Virus record (IMG/VR): IMGVR_UViG_3300036824_000010
Span: 1-25,166 of that record
Strand: one strand, 5' to 3'
Source: a virus
Lineage: Duplodnaviria > Caudoviricetes
Length of the DNA: 25,166 bases
Shown here: piece by piece, positions 1 through 9,321 of the stretch
How the letters are laid out: each line of letters starts with the position of its first letter
Numbering within the stretch: position 1 is the stretch's first letter
The notes under the pieces: model-generated
The model's database searches: none
The model's input: the letters and a program-made list of their open reading frames with translations, nothing else
Told to the model about the DNA's origin: nothing
Translations under genes and position numbers: made by a program

Positions 1-230
1 TCAACTCGCTACCAGTAAGTCTGCCCATGGCGACACCGGAGCGGCGGAAAACATACGAAGATGCGCTCCGGGAGCTTGAGGACGTCGCCAAGTGTCTGAT
101 CGAGATTGCGCCTGGCCAGAACTCGTCCGGTGTTTCGGCACCGACGTCGATCAATTGGGGCTCGCAACCCCAGATCGATTTTGACCCGCAACGGCGGGTT
201 AATCCTTGGTGGCAAGGAAGCTGGATCTGA
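1..230 (+). CDS. Head-tail connector, Mu gp36/DUF1320-like (5' truncated)
   Basis: The frame is open from base 3 (NSLPVSLPMATPERRKTYEDALRELEDVAK). The R..YEDA...L..VAK pattern resembles the gp36-like C-terminus, and the gene is first in a neck-tail gene run. Confidence 0.6.
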   Translation, partial: NSLPVSLPMATPERRKTYEDALRELEDVAKCLIEIAPGQNSSGVSAPTSINWGSQPQIDFDPQRRVNPWWQGSWI

Positions 231-233
231 CAT

Positions 234-788
234 ATGGAAGTCGAGGTTAAGGTAAACATGAATCCGGTGCTAGGTCTCTTTCGGCGCCTCATGCAGTTTG
301 AGCCGGTACAGTCAGGCGCCTATGCTGGATACGAGTTCCTGCGCGATTACCACTCGAAGATGGACTGGAAAGGCGATCGTTATCTGGGGCCAGGAGTCAA
401 TAGCGGGCAGTTTGCGCGCGACATCGTCGAGGGCTGGCAGCCGCCGGTAATGAACGGCAAGAATCAGGCAACAGTCGTGAACACTGATCCACTGCTCGCC
501 TGGAAGATCACCGGCGGCCCGATCTACGCTCAGAACGTCCAGTATTTGACGATCCCAGTAGTAGCCGAGGCGAAGGGGATTCCGGCACGTGAATATCCTG
601 ACAAATTGTTTCGGGCCGGCAATGCTCTGTGTCTCAAGCTCGGTAATCAAGTGCGGGCGATCTACGCGCTCAAGCAGAGCGTGTATCAACAACCGTGGCC
701 GGGCGCGATGCCGGACGACGCGGATCTTCAGGCGGCCTTCGTCGGCAAAGTGCGCACTGAACTAGTTGAAACAATTGGAGGTGTCTAA
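234..788 (+). CDS. Virion morphogenesis / neck protein (Mu gpG-like)
   Basis: 184 aa with a YLTIP motif and YALKQSV...PWPGAMP C-terminus; lies between connector and tail genes. Confidence 0.55.
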   Translation: MEVEVKVNMNPVLGLFRRLMQFEPVQSGAYAGYEFLRDYHSKMDWKGDRYLGPGVNSGQFARDIVEGWQPPVMNGKNQATVVNTDPLLAWKITGGPIYAQNVQYLTIPVVAEAKGIPAREYPDKLFRAGNALCLKLGNQVRAIYALKQSVYQQPWPGAMPDDADLQAAFVGKVRTELVETIGGV

Positions 789-1294
789 TTTATTCGGAAG
801 GTATCGCCGTCCAAGCCCAACAGCAGCTGGTCGCCCGGTTGCAGGGAGATGCGCTCTTTGATGGCACCATCTCCAGTAACGGGCAGCCGATCGACATCAT
901 TCAGGAGATCAGGGGCGACATTGAGAATATGATCTCGGTCAATCTTGGCAAGATCGGCGTGTCGGTTGTGGTGTTGACGCCAACCTTTCAGCTGTTCGAT
1001 TACTGGTTGCCGAGCTTAGCCGGCTGGCTTCTGCAACAGATCAATGTGTTTGAAGACCCGATCTTTAACGCGACCCCGAGCGGTACCGGGACGCGCGCGG
1101 TCGATATCTGTGAGCGGATCACGGCACTCATGCACATGTGGCCTGCGCCGGCCAGTTTCCCGGTCTCGGCCGGTATCCCGAGCCGCTGGCAATGCTTAGC
1201 AAAGCCGTGGGAGTTTGTCCGCAACACGTCCAACCCGCTCCAGTACATCTGTAGCTTGCAGCTCAATATTCAATTACCGCAACCCAACCCGTGA
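788..1294 (+). CDS. Putative tail terminator/completion protein; probable start ATT at 788 (track start TTG 839)
   Basis: The frame is open upstream of 839 (IYSEGIAVQAQQQLVARLQGDALF). ATT overlaps the preceding TAA and has GGAGG at 777-781. Synteny places it before the tail tube. Confidence 0.55.
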   Translation: MYSEGIAVQAQQQLVARLQGDALFDGTISSNGQPIDIIQEIRGDIENMISVNLGKIGVSVVVLTPTFQLFDYWLPSLAGWLLQQINVFEDPIFNATPSGTGTRAVDICERITALMHMWPAPASFPVSAGIPSRWQCLAKPWEFVRNTSNPLQYICSLQLNIQLPQPNP

Positions 1295-1319
1295 ATGATT
1301 GATTTGAAAGTATAATCTT

Positions 1320-1700
1320 ATGCCGCTGCCAACCTATCCCGCCGCTTACCCATCAACTTTAGGATTTACCTTTGGCGTGCCACAAGCCGAAACGGGCTTG
1401 TCAATGGAAAGTTATGAACAGACTGACACCGTCGACCGTTATGAGCAAAAAGACGCCTTCGGGCAGATTATCGAAGTCGTTTTGCACAACCCGCGCTCCG
1501 AGATCGTGTTCAGCGGTCAGACGACTGCGGCAATCGCTTCGATGCTGGGCCAGAAAATTACCGTCTCTAACATTATTACAAATCAGGTTCCTACTGGCGG
1601 CTCAACGGTCTGTCACCAAGTGCATTTCACGCATGGGCGCGCGGTGAACCAGACGGCTCGTGTCTCGGCCACCTATTATCCCCTGATTACAGGTCCGTGA
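1320..1700 (+). CDS. Putative major tail tube protein
   Basis: 126 aa, beta-rich and T/S-rich; lies upstream of the chaperone and tape measure. Confidence 0.55.
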   Translation: MPLPTYPAAYPSTLGFTFGVPQAETGLSMESYEQTDTVDRYEQKDAFGQIIEVVLHNPRSEIVFSGQTTAAIASMLGQKITVSNIITNQVPTGGSTVCHQVHFTHGRAVNQTARVSATYYPLITGP

Positions 1701-1733
1701 TTCTCCTTAACCTGTTCCATATAAAATCCTACC

Positions 1734-2258
1734 ATGATTCAAGGCAACCTGAGCTATCAGGAAACCGGCTTGACAACGACCGATACGAAGTTCGCGGCAA
1801 CGTTGCTCATGTTCGGTTTCAAACTTAAAACTCACAATCCGCTGACTTGGAAACTCGTTTTCAACTCAAAAGCGCAATATCTCGAGTGGTGTCAGAAGCC
1901 GAGACGTGAGAACGAGCCAACCGAGACGGCTGACTGGAATTTCGAAGCGGGCTCACCGCAGATTTTCCAATACTTGTATCGCGGATTCACCGGCAAAGAG
2001 ACTGGCGAGACGCTGAGCAAAGTCATCGAGCGTCTGATTCCTGATTCAGGAGACCGTAAAGGAATCCAGTTTCTAATCGATGCATGCATCGCGCAAGCCT
2101 GCCGGGAAGTGCTCGAACGCCGCGAGTTCCTGATGCGGCTACTGAAAACTGTTCCGCGTGACGCCCGCTGGGTCTTCGTTAATAACGACGGCAAAACCGC
2201 CATATTCGGCATCAACGCCTCAATCGAAACGCAAACGTTTCACCTTTCAAATATATGA
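1734..2258 (+). CDS. Hypothetical protein, DUF5659-like N-terminal motif
   Basis: TTDTKFAATLLMFGFKL resembles the T.D..LAA.L...G..L motif; ATGA overlap with the next gene. Confidence 0.5.
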   Translation: MIQGNLSYQETGLTTTDTKFAATLLMFGFKLKTHNPLTWKLVFNSKAQYLEWCQKPRRENEPTETADWNFEAGSPQIFQYLYRGFTGKETGETLSKVIERLIPDSGDRKGIQFLIDACIAQACREVLERREFLMRLLKTVPRDARWVFVNNDGKTAIFGINASIETQTFHLSNI

Positions 2259-2665
2259 ACGAGCTTACCGCAGAGATCGACTCAACCGATACAGCGTTTC
2301 TGAGCGCAATTACCCCTAAGACGTTTGACGGTGTCGAGCTCAAGCCGTACTCGCTGATGCGCCAGATGATTGCGTTGGAGTTGACTGGATTTGAAGCTAG
2401 CGGGGCGTACGAAGCGATCTTCCATGTCTGGATATGTACGCTGGAGCCAAAGGAGGCGCTCGCTACGATCGCCAGCAAGCAAAGTAGGGAAGAGGCGAAA
2501 TTAGAGGCGTTTGCATGGGCTGAATTGCACGGAGTTACTATTAACCACATGAAGCCCTTGCTAGATCTCTATAGGCGGCTTGGTGACGAGATCCGCGTGT
2601 CGACTAAAGTGCGGCCGGCGGAGGAAAGAGACGCGCCAAAAAACGATGGCAGGCTGCCGGCATGA
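2255..2665 (+). CDS. Tail assembly chaperone (gpG-like)
   Basis: 136 aa directly before the tape measure; ends near slippery heptamer A AAA AAC (PKN). Confidence 0.75.
   Translation: MNELTAEIDSTDTAFLSAITPKTFDGVELKPYSLMRQMIALELTGFEASGAYEAIFHVWICTLEPKEALATIASKQSREEAKLEAFAWAELHGVTINHMKPLLDLYRRLGDEIRVSTKVRPAEERDAPKNDGRLPA
2638..2644 (+). other. Programmed -1 ribosomal frameshift site A_AAA_AAC
   Basis: X XXY YYZ heptamer in the correct phase; the -1 frame reads K-K-R-W-Q-A-A-G with no stop into ORF 2662..2844. Confidence 0.75.
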
Positions 2666-2844
2666 TCGCTATCGCCACAACCGTTTCACAGCTGACGAAG
2701 CTAACGTTTATTGAGGTGTTGTGGCAGCTCCCGGCAGCCGTTTCTTATCAAGTTAACCTGCTGCACTGGCAACGTGAGGGTAATGATTTCCTCATTGATG
2801 ATCGCGCAGAAATTCGCGCAGCACTTTTAACGAGTTCGGGATAA
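2662..2844 (+). CDS. Tail assembly chaperone frameshift extension (gpT-like)
   Basis: In the -1 frame relative to 2255..2665 and ends 6 nt before the tape measure start. Confidence 0.7.
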   Translation: MIAIATTVSQLTKLTFIEVLWQLPAAVSYQVNLLHWQREGNDFLIDDRAEIRAALLTSSG

Positions 2845-2850
2845 ACACCT

Positions 2851-4422
2851 ATGCCAGACCCCGTTCAAGTCCAAATAGATTTCATCATTAACGATGCGCA
2901 GGCCAAAGGCGAACTGGCCGAGCTTGAGGCGCGAGGTCAGCGGGTTAAAGAGATTCTCGAAAAGGCCGGCGTCAAGGATGTCGGTGCTGCAGTCGGCGAG
3001 TTCAGCAATGTCCGCGATCAAGCCGCGTATCAGGCGTATGTAGCGAAAACCGGGGAAGCTAAAGAAAACGTCAAAGAGACTGCTGGCTTTCTTGATCGAG
3101 TCGAAGGTCAGTTTGGTCGCATTGTTACTCGGCTGATTGCATTTTCAGCGATTAGTGCAGCGATCAAAGTGGCCTGGGAAGGTATCAAGGATTTGATGCA
3201 GGTCGGTGAGCTCGAGACGCAATGGAAAAACATTATCGATGACTCGGAGCGCGGGGTGCAGGCTTTTGATGAGCTCAAAGAGGCGATGCACGCGACTAAT
3301 ACCGGACTCGACCAGGGAGTTGCTGGTGTTCGTGAACTCGTGGCCGCGGGTGAAACGGTTCCGCAGGCTACGGCGGAAGTTACCAAACTTGCGGAAGCTG
3401 CCAAGGTTGCCGGGGTCCCGCTAAAAGGGCTTACCACCGAAATCGCTAACATCAGGGAGTCGGGCACAATCACGTTCGGCGAGCTGGTCAAGTTAAACGA
3501 ACAATTTGGTGGCATCTTGCAGGATCAAGTCAACCAATGGCGCCAGGATGAGCGGGCGCTCAAGGATTACACGGAAGCTGTGCGTGTGGCCGACAAAGCT
3601 CAGCAAGAGCTTACTACGACGTCCGAGAAAAGCCTGACTGCACAAGAATCATTTGCGGACAAGGTCGGATTAACGAAACAGATTTTCGACCAATTGCAGA
3701 CATCGATCCGGCAACAACACCCCGACTATGCGCGCCAGGATCCAGGCCTCGTGCAAGACCGCATGGACCGGCTGTTACATAGCCAGATGGCCACGAATCT
3801 AAAAACTCAAATGCAGGAAGGAATTGGCGCGTACGCGAAACAGACCGGGATGTCTGAAGCCGACATTCAACGATACGTAGCAGGCGGTCAGATCAGCGCA
3901 AAAGATTTAACGACTGCCGCGCGCGAACAGCGCGCCGAACAGGAACGATTACGTACAGAAGGCGAACGCGAGACGATTGCGAAAATGCGCCAGGAACAGA
4001 CCGAACGCCAGCGAGCGATCGCCGGAGCGGTCCCAGGGCGAATCGAGGATATGCCAGGGCTGGCTCAGAAGTTTACCGCGACCATGAGTACCGTCGGCTC
4101 ACAGTTCCAACAGGTCGGCGAGCAAGCGAAACGAACGGCGGAAGCGTTTAAAGATGCACTTGACCTAATTACCGGCAAGAAACCGCTAGGCTATGTCGCG
4201 CCAGCGGTCCCGGTAGCGCCAGGCTTACGGCCCTCTGCGGCAATGTTCGGGGTTAGCGGTGCTAATATTGGCGGAATGGAACAAGCGCGGCTGGGAGCTG
4301 GCGCTGGCGCCGCGGCGATCGCTGGCAATCCGACAATCGAGAAGAATACCGGCGATACCAATACTAAGCTCGACATGCTGCTGACGATCTTGTCAGCAGC
4401 GCTCTCCGGAGGGGCTCCCTGA
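2851..4422 (+). CDS. Tape measure protein (short, 523 aa)
   Basis: A/E/Q/K-rich helical protein following the G/GT chaperone pair. Confidence 0.75.
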   Translation: MPDPVQVQIDFIINDAQAKGELAELEARGQRVKEILEKAGVKDVGAAVGEFSNVRDQAAYQAYVAKTGEAKENVKETAGFLDRVEGQFGRIVTRLIAFSAISAAIKVAWEGIKDLMQVGELETQWKNIIDDSERGVQAFDELKEAMHATNTGLDQGVAGVRELVAAGETVPQATAEVTKLAEAAKVAGVPLKGLTTEIANIRESGTITFGELVKLNEQFGGILQDQVNQWRQDERALKDYTEAVRVADKAQQELTTTSEKSLTAQESFADKVGLTKQIFDQLQTSIRQQHPDYARQDPGLVQDRMDRLLHSQMATNLKTQMQEGIGAYAKQTGMSEADIQRYVAGGQISAKDLTTAAREQRAEQERLRTEGERETIAKMRQEQTERQRAIAGAVPGRIEDMPGLAQKFTATMSTVGSQFQQVGEQAKRTAEAFKDALDLITGKKPLGYVAPAVPVAPGLRPSAAMFGVSGANIGGMEQARLGAGAGAAAIAGNPTIEKNTGDTNTKLDMLLTILSAALSGGAP

Positions 4423-5126
4423 TGCTCTATGTGCACGGGGCGCAGTCTTACGCAGTCAAGCCAGGTCGATCCGAGTCCCGGCGCGCGTTCGGCGTAGATG
4501 TCGCTATGCTGCCTTACGAGGGGCCGACGACCGGATTTAGCGCATTTTTGCCGGCGATGGGTAGTGCTCACCCAGACTACCAGTACATGCAGCTTACGCA
4601 GGTCGAGGATCGGGTGATCGGGGCGGGCCAAACTGAAGCGAAATTGCACTATATCGGCATCCTTGACGCCCGGAAAAATATTGGTGGTCATGGTAGCGTT
4701 ATTGTTACGAATCCGTACCAGACGACCGAGTTGCTCGACCGCAGCTTTTCGTGGAGTGGGGCAGTAAGTGTCAGCGGCAAAGGCCAGCTGATGAATCTGA
4801 ATATTCAGTATCAGACAATCTCCGTAACGTTTTCATATAATACGAATGCGTACATCAATGGAGCGGTATTCCAAAGTAAAGCGTCGCCAATGCTGAAGAT
4901 TGTTAATGGGTACTCCACTACACGATACGATCCGCTGGAAGTTGGTCGTATATATGACTACGTGCCAGTAATCAGTTCCGGTTCAGTCAAGCCGTTACAA
5001 ACACTTTCGCGCTTTGTCAGTAAGATCATCAATGCGAACCCGACTTGGTTCGAAGTGCAGGAGGTCTGGCAACTCGATTTCACGCTCGGCAGTCTTGGGT
5101 TCTCAATGTCGAATTTCGTCGCATGA
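4422..5126 (+). CDS. Putative distal tail/baseplate protein
   Basis: TGATG-coupled to the tape measure; LP.MGSAHPDY motif of the kind seen in post-TMP proteins. Confidence 0.5.
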   Translation: MLYVHGAQSYAVKPGRSESRRAFGVDVAMLPYEGPTTGFSAFLPAMGSAHPDYQYMQLTQVEDRVIGAGQTEAKLHYIGILDARKNIGGHGSVIVTNPYQTTELLDRSFSWSGAVSVSGKGQLMNLNIQYQTISVTFSYNTNAYINGAVFQSKASPMLKIVNGYSTTRYDPLEVGRIYDYVPVISSGSVKPLQTLSRFVSKIINANPTWFEVQEVWQLDFTLGSLGFSMSNFVA

Positions 5127-6106
5127 ACTTAAATCACCAAATCAAGCCGGTCTCGCCGACGCTTAATGTCTGGCGCAAACTTAACGAAGTTATCGATGGA
5201 CTGAATTGGATCATGTCGATGTACGGCGAGGTCAGCACGGACGGCAACTCGCAGCTGCAAATCATCCCAGGGTCGCGCGGGCCGGTGTTCAAAATGAACG
5301 TGCAGGCGAGTGGTAATCAACAGCCGTGGGCGACGGATCCGGACGGCAACCCGACCGGCTGGCTGCGATCGATCGTAGTCGATCCAGATTATAATGATAA
5401 TACGAGTCCCCAATACGGGAGGTTTGATGAAAGTTGGATGTGGTCGGGACCTGTCGCGGCAAATCCGCTAATTCCTTGGTTCAGTGATCCAGATACTCCA
5501 CCGAATGAAGCGCAATGGATTATGGTCAATGGCGGGACTAATGCAGGTGGTGGTTATTATTGGGGCACTGGACAAATTTCAGGGACAGGAAACTTTATGC
5601 CTTCTGCGGTAGCCAAAAATCAGGATTATTATTCGCCACAAATATGGGTAGCGAATCCAGGTTATGCTGATGCAATTATAACTCCTCCTGCTAATCCGCC
5701 AGCAATTTATCTTGAGAGTTATTGGGGAACTGGAGGAGGTTATACTCAAACTGGTCCAGTTATTTGGGCAGTTAATGGATCGTTACAGGATGATCCTCGT
5801 TGGTCTTTTAATTGGGACTATACAGTTACTTATGATGGAATTATAATTCTTTCAGCTAGTGGCGTAGCTACTATACCTCCTTGGCCGCAAGATGCTAATT
5901 TTTTGGAACTTGATCCTACCGGATGGGTTCATGATCCTGATGGATTACCCGGATATCCAAAAGGTAAAGGATCTTGGATTTATAAATATCCTGGACCAGT
6001 TTCTACTAATACTAGTCCAAAAGTAGTACAAACTGTTAATTTTAGGGGTAATGCCGCATTAATGACTTTTAATGTACCTAATGTAGTCTTTATTACCGGA
6101 AATTAA
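5123..6106 (+). CDS. Putative tail tip/minor tail protein with low-GC C-terminal part
   Basis: ATG at 5123 overlaps the preceding TGA (ATGA); W/P/G-rich with three W..DPD motifs. Confidence 0.55.
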   Translation: MNLNHQIKPVSPTLNVWRKLNEVIDGLNWIMSMYGEVSTDGNSQLQIIPGSRGPVFKMNVQASGNQQPWATDPDGNPTGWLRSIVVDPDYNDNTSPQYGRFDESWMWSGPVAANPLIPWFSDPDTPPNEAQWIMVNGGTNAGGGYYWGTGQISGTGNFMPSAVAKNQDYYSPQIWVANPGYADAIITPPANPPAIYLESYWGTGGGYTQTGPVIWAVNGSLQDDPRWSFNWDYTVTYDGIIILSASGVATIPPWPQDANFLELDPTGWVHDPDGLPGYPKGKGSWIYKYPGPVSTNTSPKVVQTVNFRGNAALMTFNVPNVVFITGN

Positions 6107-6111
6107 TTCAG

Positions 6112-8526
6112 ATGATCGCCTACTATTTCGATGAAGACGCACGCCAGCTCGTGCAGGGCGTGCAATCGCGCGTGCAGCTGTTGCCACAGACTTGGGTGTA
6201 CGGCGACAACTACAACCTGCAAATTTACATCACGCGTTCGGGAATAATTCAGACGCTCGCCTCTGGCGACACGCTCTCGATCCTGGTGTTTCAGCCGCCA
6301 TCGACGCTCCCGGCCAACAACCTGATTATCGTTAGCTCGCCGACGGTACTCACTGATGCGAGCGGCGACCAGTATTATCAGGTCAACGTTAACCTCAAAA
6401 CGACGCAACTGGCTGCACTTGTGCAGGCTGCGAATCAGCCGGCTCCAGTCGAGTTGCATTTCGTGTTTTCCCCGGCTGATGGCGAACGCTTTTCCTTATC
6501 GGCCGATATTCAAGTCACGGTTAATCCTGACCCGCTCCAAGGCGCGAGTGGCGCGACGCCAGCACCTCCGGGCTATCCGGCGAGTCCGAGTGTATTCGAG
6601 CAGGTCGCCAACAAGGGTGTGGCGGGCGGCTACGTCGGGCTCGATGGCAACGCGCACCTGGACCCAAACAAGATCCCGATTGATACGACTCTGCATGTTA
6701 CCGGTGGAGTGCTTGGAGCGGTCGGTGGTGGCGGTGGTAATGCTTGGGTTGGATCGATTCCCGCTACCTTCTCGGTGACCGGTTCTGGGCAAACCATCAG
6801 CGTTACGATGGGCGCAACTGTCGGCGACATGGTCGCGGGCCAAGGGATTCTCGTCACCGACGGGGTTCACTACATCAACGGATTTATTGCGACCGTCTCA
6901 GGTACGGCGCTTTCGTTCACGGTGACCAGCACTGTGGGCGCACCCTACACGATGGCGGCCAATTCGCACGTTTACCTGGGTAACGCCGCCTCCTTAGCAA
7001 CGACGGTTGAGGCTGGCTTAATTCCGGTGATCCCTGGCGTGGTGACCCAATTCCTCAACGGTAATAATGCGTTCAGCGTCCCGCAATTCCCTTCATTAGG
7101 AGCGCTGCCTGCAACCTTCACCCCGAGCCCGCACGGCCCTCAGCATTTGCCTACCGGCAACGATCCAACTCCCCTTGGGACGCCGACTGTCGCAGGCTTG
7201 ATGCCTCCCATTGATAACTCAACGATCACCATCGTTGGCGGCAAGCTGCAAGCCAACGTTACCGGGGCAGGCGGCAATTCGTGGGTATCCACTATTACCG
7301 GTTCACCGGCTATCCCGGCTCTGGGCGGTTCTGCGACCTTTACACTTGCGACCGCGTGGAGCGGGTTCCGTGCTGGGCAGTCGTGCGTGATTACGGACGG
7401 ATCGCAAGTGATGAACGGCATCATTACGACGTACACGCCAGGAACGCCGGCGTCGATCACGGTGCGCAACCTAGGCACTCCGGGAACATCGGTTAGTGGC
7501 AACTTCGGCCCGACCGCCTACGTGTTCATGGGCGGTTCACCGGACATCGCCACCGTGGCAGCGCCGGGCATCAGCAGACCTGATAATGTTACTCTTGGGA
7601 TCAGCGGCGGTCTGCTCGCGTCAAATGTTAATCCGTACGTAGCGATCGTTTCAGGGCAGCAAGCAATCCCGGCAGCTGGAGCTACGGCCGCTTATGCGCT
7701 CACGAATGTTCTGCCGAACGATTTCCATGCAGGGCAATCGATTCTAATCACGGACGGCACTTATGTCGTCAACGGCATTGTGACCGCCTGGTCGAACCCA
7801 AATTTGACGTTCCGTAATCTTGGTAATCCAGGCTCGGCGGTCAGCGGTAGCTTTATAGGCAGCACGCACGTTTATCTAGGCAACTGCAGCGATCTGGCAA
7901 CGGCAACTCAGCCCGGCATCGTGCGCGCCGACGGTACCACGATAACGAGCGCGACCGGGGTGCTCTCAGTACCGACCGCCACCAATACGGTGCTTGGGAT
8001 CGTGCGCCCCGACACTACTACGATTACCCAGAGTGGCGGGGTGCTATCGGCGGCAGCGGGCGGCATCGGACAGCATGGTGCACGCGTCTGGAGAAGCGCC
8101 AGTGTAGCGATTGTCAGCGGGACGGCGATTGCCTTTGATACGCCGATTTTAAATACAGACAGCGGTGGTTATTGGAGCGCGGGGACTAACCCTAGTCGAA
8201 TCACGATCCCTGCCGGGCAAGGCGGGATCTATGCAGTCGGAGGAAATGTTGTTTGGACAGGGTCAATTACTGGAGGAACTTACCGTCAATTGGTCATAAG
8301 AGTCGGCGGAAATGCTAACGATAACATTGCCGATCAAGGACGACCAGTCGTCTCAGGAGATACTAGCAATAATGGTGCTGGCATGTCGCTTTCGAGCGTT
8401 TATCAGCTTAACGCCGGTCAATTCATTGAGTTGGTTCCAGTAACTGATCAGACCGGGCAAACAGCGATATCCTACGGGACAAACGTTCATGCTTCACCCG
8501 TTCTTTACGCAATCAGGATCTCTTAA
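6112..8526 (+). CDS. Tail fibre/adhesin with three internal ~95-aa repeats and a C-terminal C1q/TNF-like domain
   Basis: Baseplate-attachment-like N-terminus and an ANKGVAGGYVGLDG fibre motif. Repeats carry AGQ.I.ITDG...NGI, with AT....GIVR.D.TTI linkers. The C-terminus reads IAFDT...RITIP...GIYAV...YQLNAGQFIEL. Confidence 0.75.
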   Translation: MIAYYFDEDARQLVQGVQSRVQLLPQTWVYGDNYNLQIYITRSGIIQTLASGDTLSILVFQPPSTLPANNLIIVSSPTVLTDASGDQYYQVNVNLKTTQLAALVQAANQPAPVELHFVFSPADGERFSLSADIQVTVNPDPLQGASGATPAPPGYPASPSVFEQVANKGVAGGYVGLDGNAHLDPNKIPIDTTLHVTGGVLGAVGGGGGNAWVGSIPATFSVTGSGQTISVTMGATVGDMVAGQGILVTDGVHYINGFIATVSGTALSFTVTSTVGAPYTMAANSHVYLGNAASLATTVEAGLIPVIPGVVTQFLNGNNAFSVPQFPSLGALPATFTPSPHGPQHLPTGNDPTPLGTPTVAGLMPPIDNSTITIVGGKLQANVTGAGGNSWVSTITGSPAIPALGGSATFTLATAWSGFRAGQSCVITDGSQVMNGIITTYTPGTPASITVRNLGTPGTSVSGNFGPTAYVFMGGSPDIATVAAPGISRPDNVTLGISGGLLASNVNPYVAIVSGQQAIPAAGATAAYALTNVLPNDFHAGQSILITDGTYVVNGIVTAWSNPNLTFRNLGNPGSAVSGSFIGSTHVYLGNCSDLATATQPGIVRADGTTITSATGVLSVPTATNTVLGIVRPDTTTITQSGGVLSAAAGGIGQHGARVWRSASVAIVSGTAIAFDTPILNTDSGGYWSAGTNPSRITIPAGQGGIYAVGGNVVWTGSITGGTYRQLVIRVGGNANDNIADQGRPVVSGDTSNNGAGMSLSSVYQLNAGQFIELVPVTDQTGQTAISYGTNVHASPVLYAIRIS

Positions 8527-8535
8527 AAAATACTT

Positions 8536-8952
8536 ATGACCACAGGTAACGGATATTCAGGTTTTTTACTTTCTCCTCCAGTTGGACCATGGAATTATCC
8601 AGTGACTCAACCGTTTTTTCCTAATGTAAGCAGTTCCCCCTTAAGATGGAGAGAGGAAAAGGTTGGGAATATTATAAGATGGAGTGGAGCAGTTAATTAT
8701 ACAGGATCATCTAATGCTAACCCAGGCGGCCAATTAATATCGAATGATCCAAATAATCCAAAACCACCAAATGGGGTATATCTCATGTGTTCTGTTTATG
8801 AAAGTTCCGGATCATATACTCCAGCAACGATATTTTTTGCTCCGGGTGATGGCTCATTGCAAATTATAACATTGAGTTTGGGAGCTGCAGTAGGAGCTAT
8901 AACTCCCGGCTGTGAGATATATTTTGATGGTCTGGCTTATAGCCTTAGTTAA
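8536..8952 (+). CDS. Stand-alone receptor-binding-head-like protein (low GC)
   Basis: LRWREEKVGNIIRWSGAV...P...IYFDGLAYSL resembles the beta-sandwich usually found at fibre C-termini. Confidence 0.5.
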   Translation: MTTGNGYSGFLLSPPVGPWNYPVTQPFFPNVSSSPLRWREEKVGNIIRWSGAVNYTGSSNANPGGQLISNDPNNPKPPNGVYLMCSVYESSGSYTPATIFFAPGDGSLQIITLSLGAAVGAITPGCEIYFDGLAYSLS

Positions 8953-8959
8953 AGGGAAC

Positions 8960-9316
8960 ATGGCTAACATATTTCCATATGCGTTGTACAGTGGCGACCC
9001 GATTCCGGTTACGCTCATTTTTTATGATCTGGTCAAAGATCCGAGCGGAAACACGGTGCTCGATCTGACCGGCAGCTACGTCGGGATGACCGTTAAGGTC
9101 AATGAGACCGATCCGGACGCCAGTGCGTTGTATCAGGAAGATATGGCGGGCGATACCACCGGACAAATCGCGTTCTCGATTCCAGGACAAGCTGTCGGAA
9201 CATTTTTCCTGGACGTTAAATGGTGGGATAAGACTGGAACTCGCAACAACATTTTAGCGCAACAATTCAGCATTAATCAATCAACCACTCTGCGCACAGC
9301 GCCTGTGCCTTCTTAA
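8960..9316 (+). CDS. BppU-N-like adaptor protein for fibre attachment
   Basis: ATG at 8960; GD.....LIF...DLTGS.V.MTVK...G.I.F.I pattern; sits just before the collagen fibre. Confidence 0.5.
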   Translation: MANIFPYALYSGDPIPVTLIFYDLVKDPSGNTVLDLTGSYVGMTVKVNETDPDASALYQEDMAGDTTGQIAFSIPGQAVGTFFLDVKWWDKTGTRNNILAQQFSINQSTTLRTAPVPS

Positions 9317-9321
9317 GCTTT

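Noticed and set aside
1299-1322. TATAAT promoter before the tail tube gene
   Set aside because: It is only 3 nt from the ATG, so transcription would start inside the ORF, and there is no properly spaced -35.
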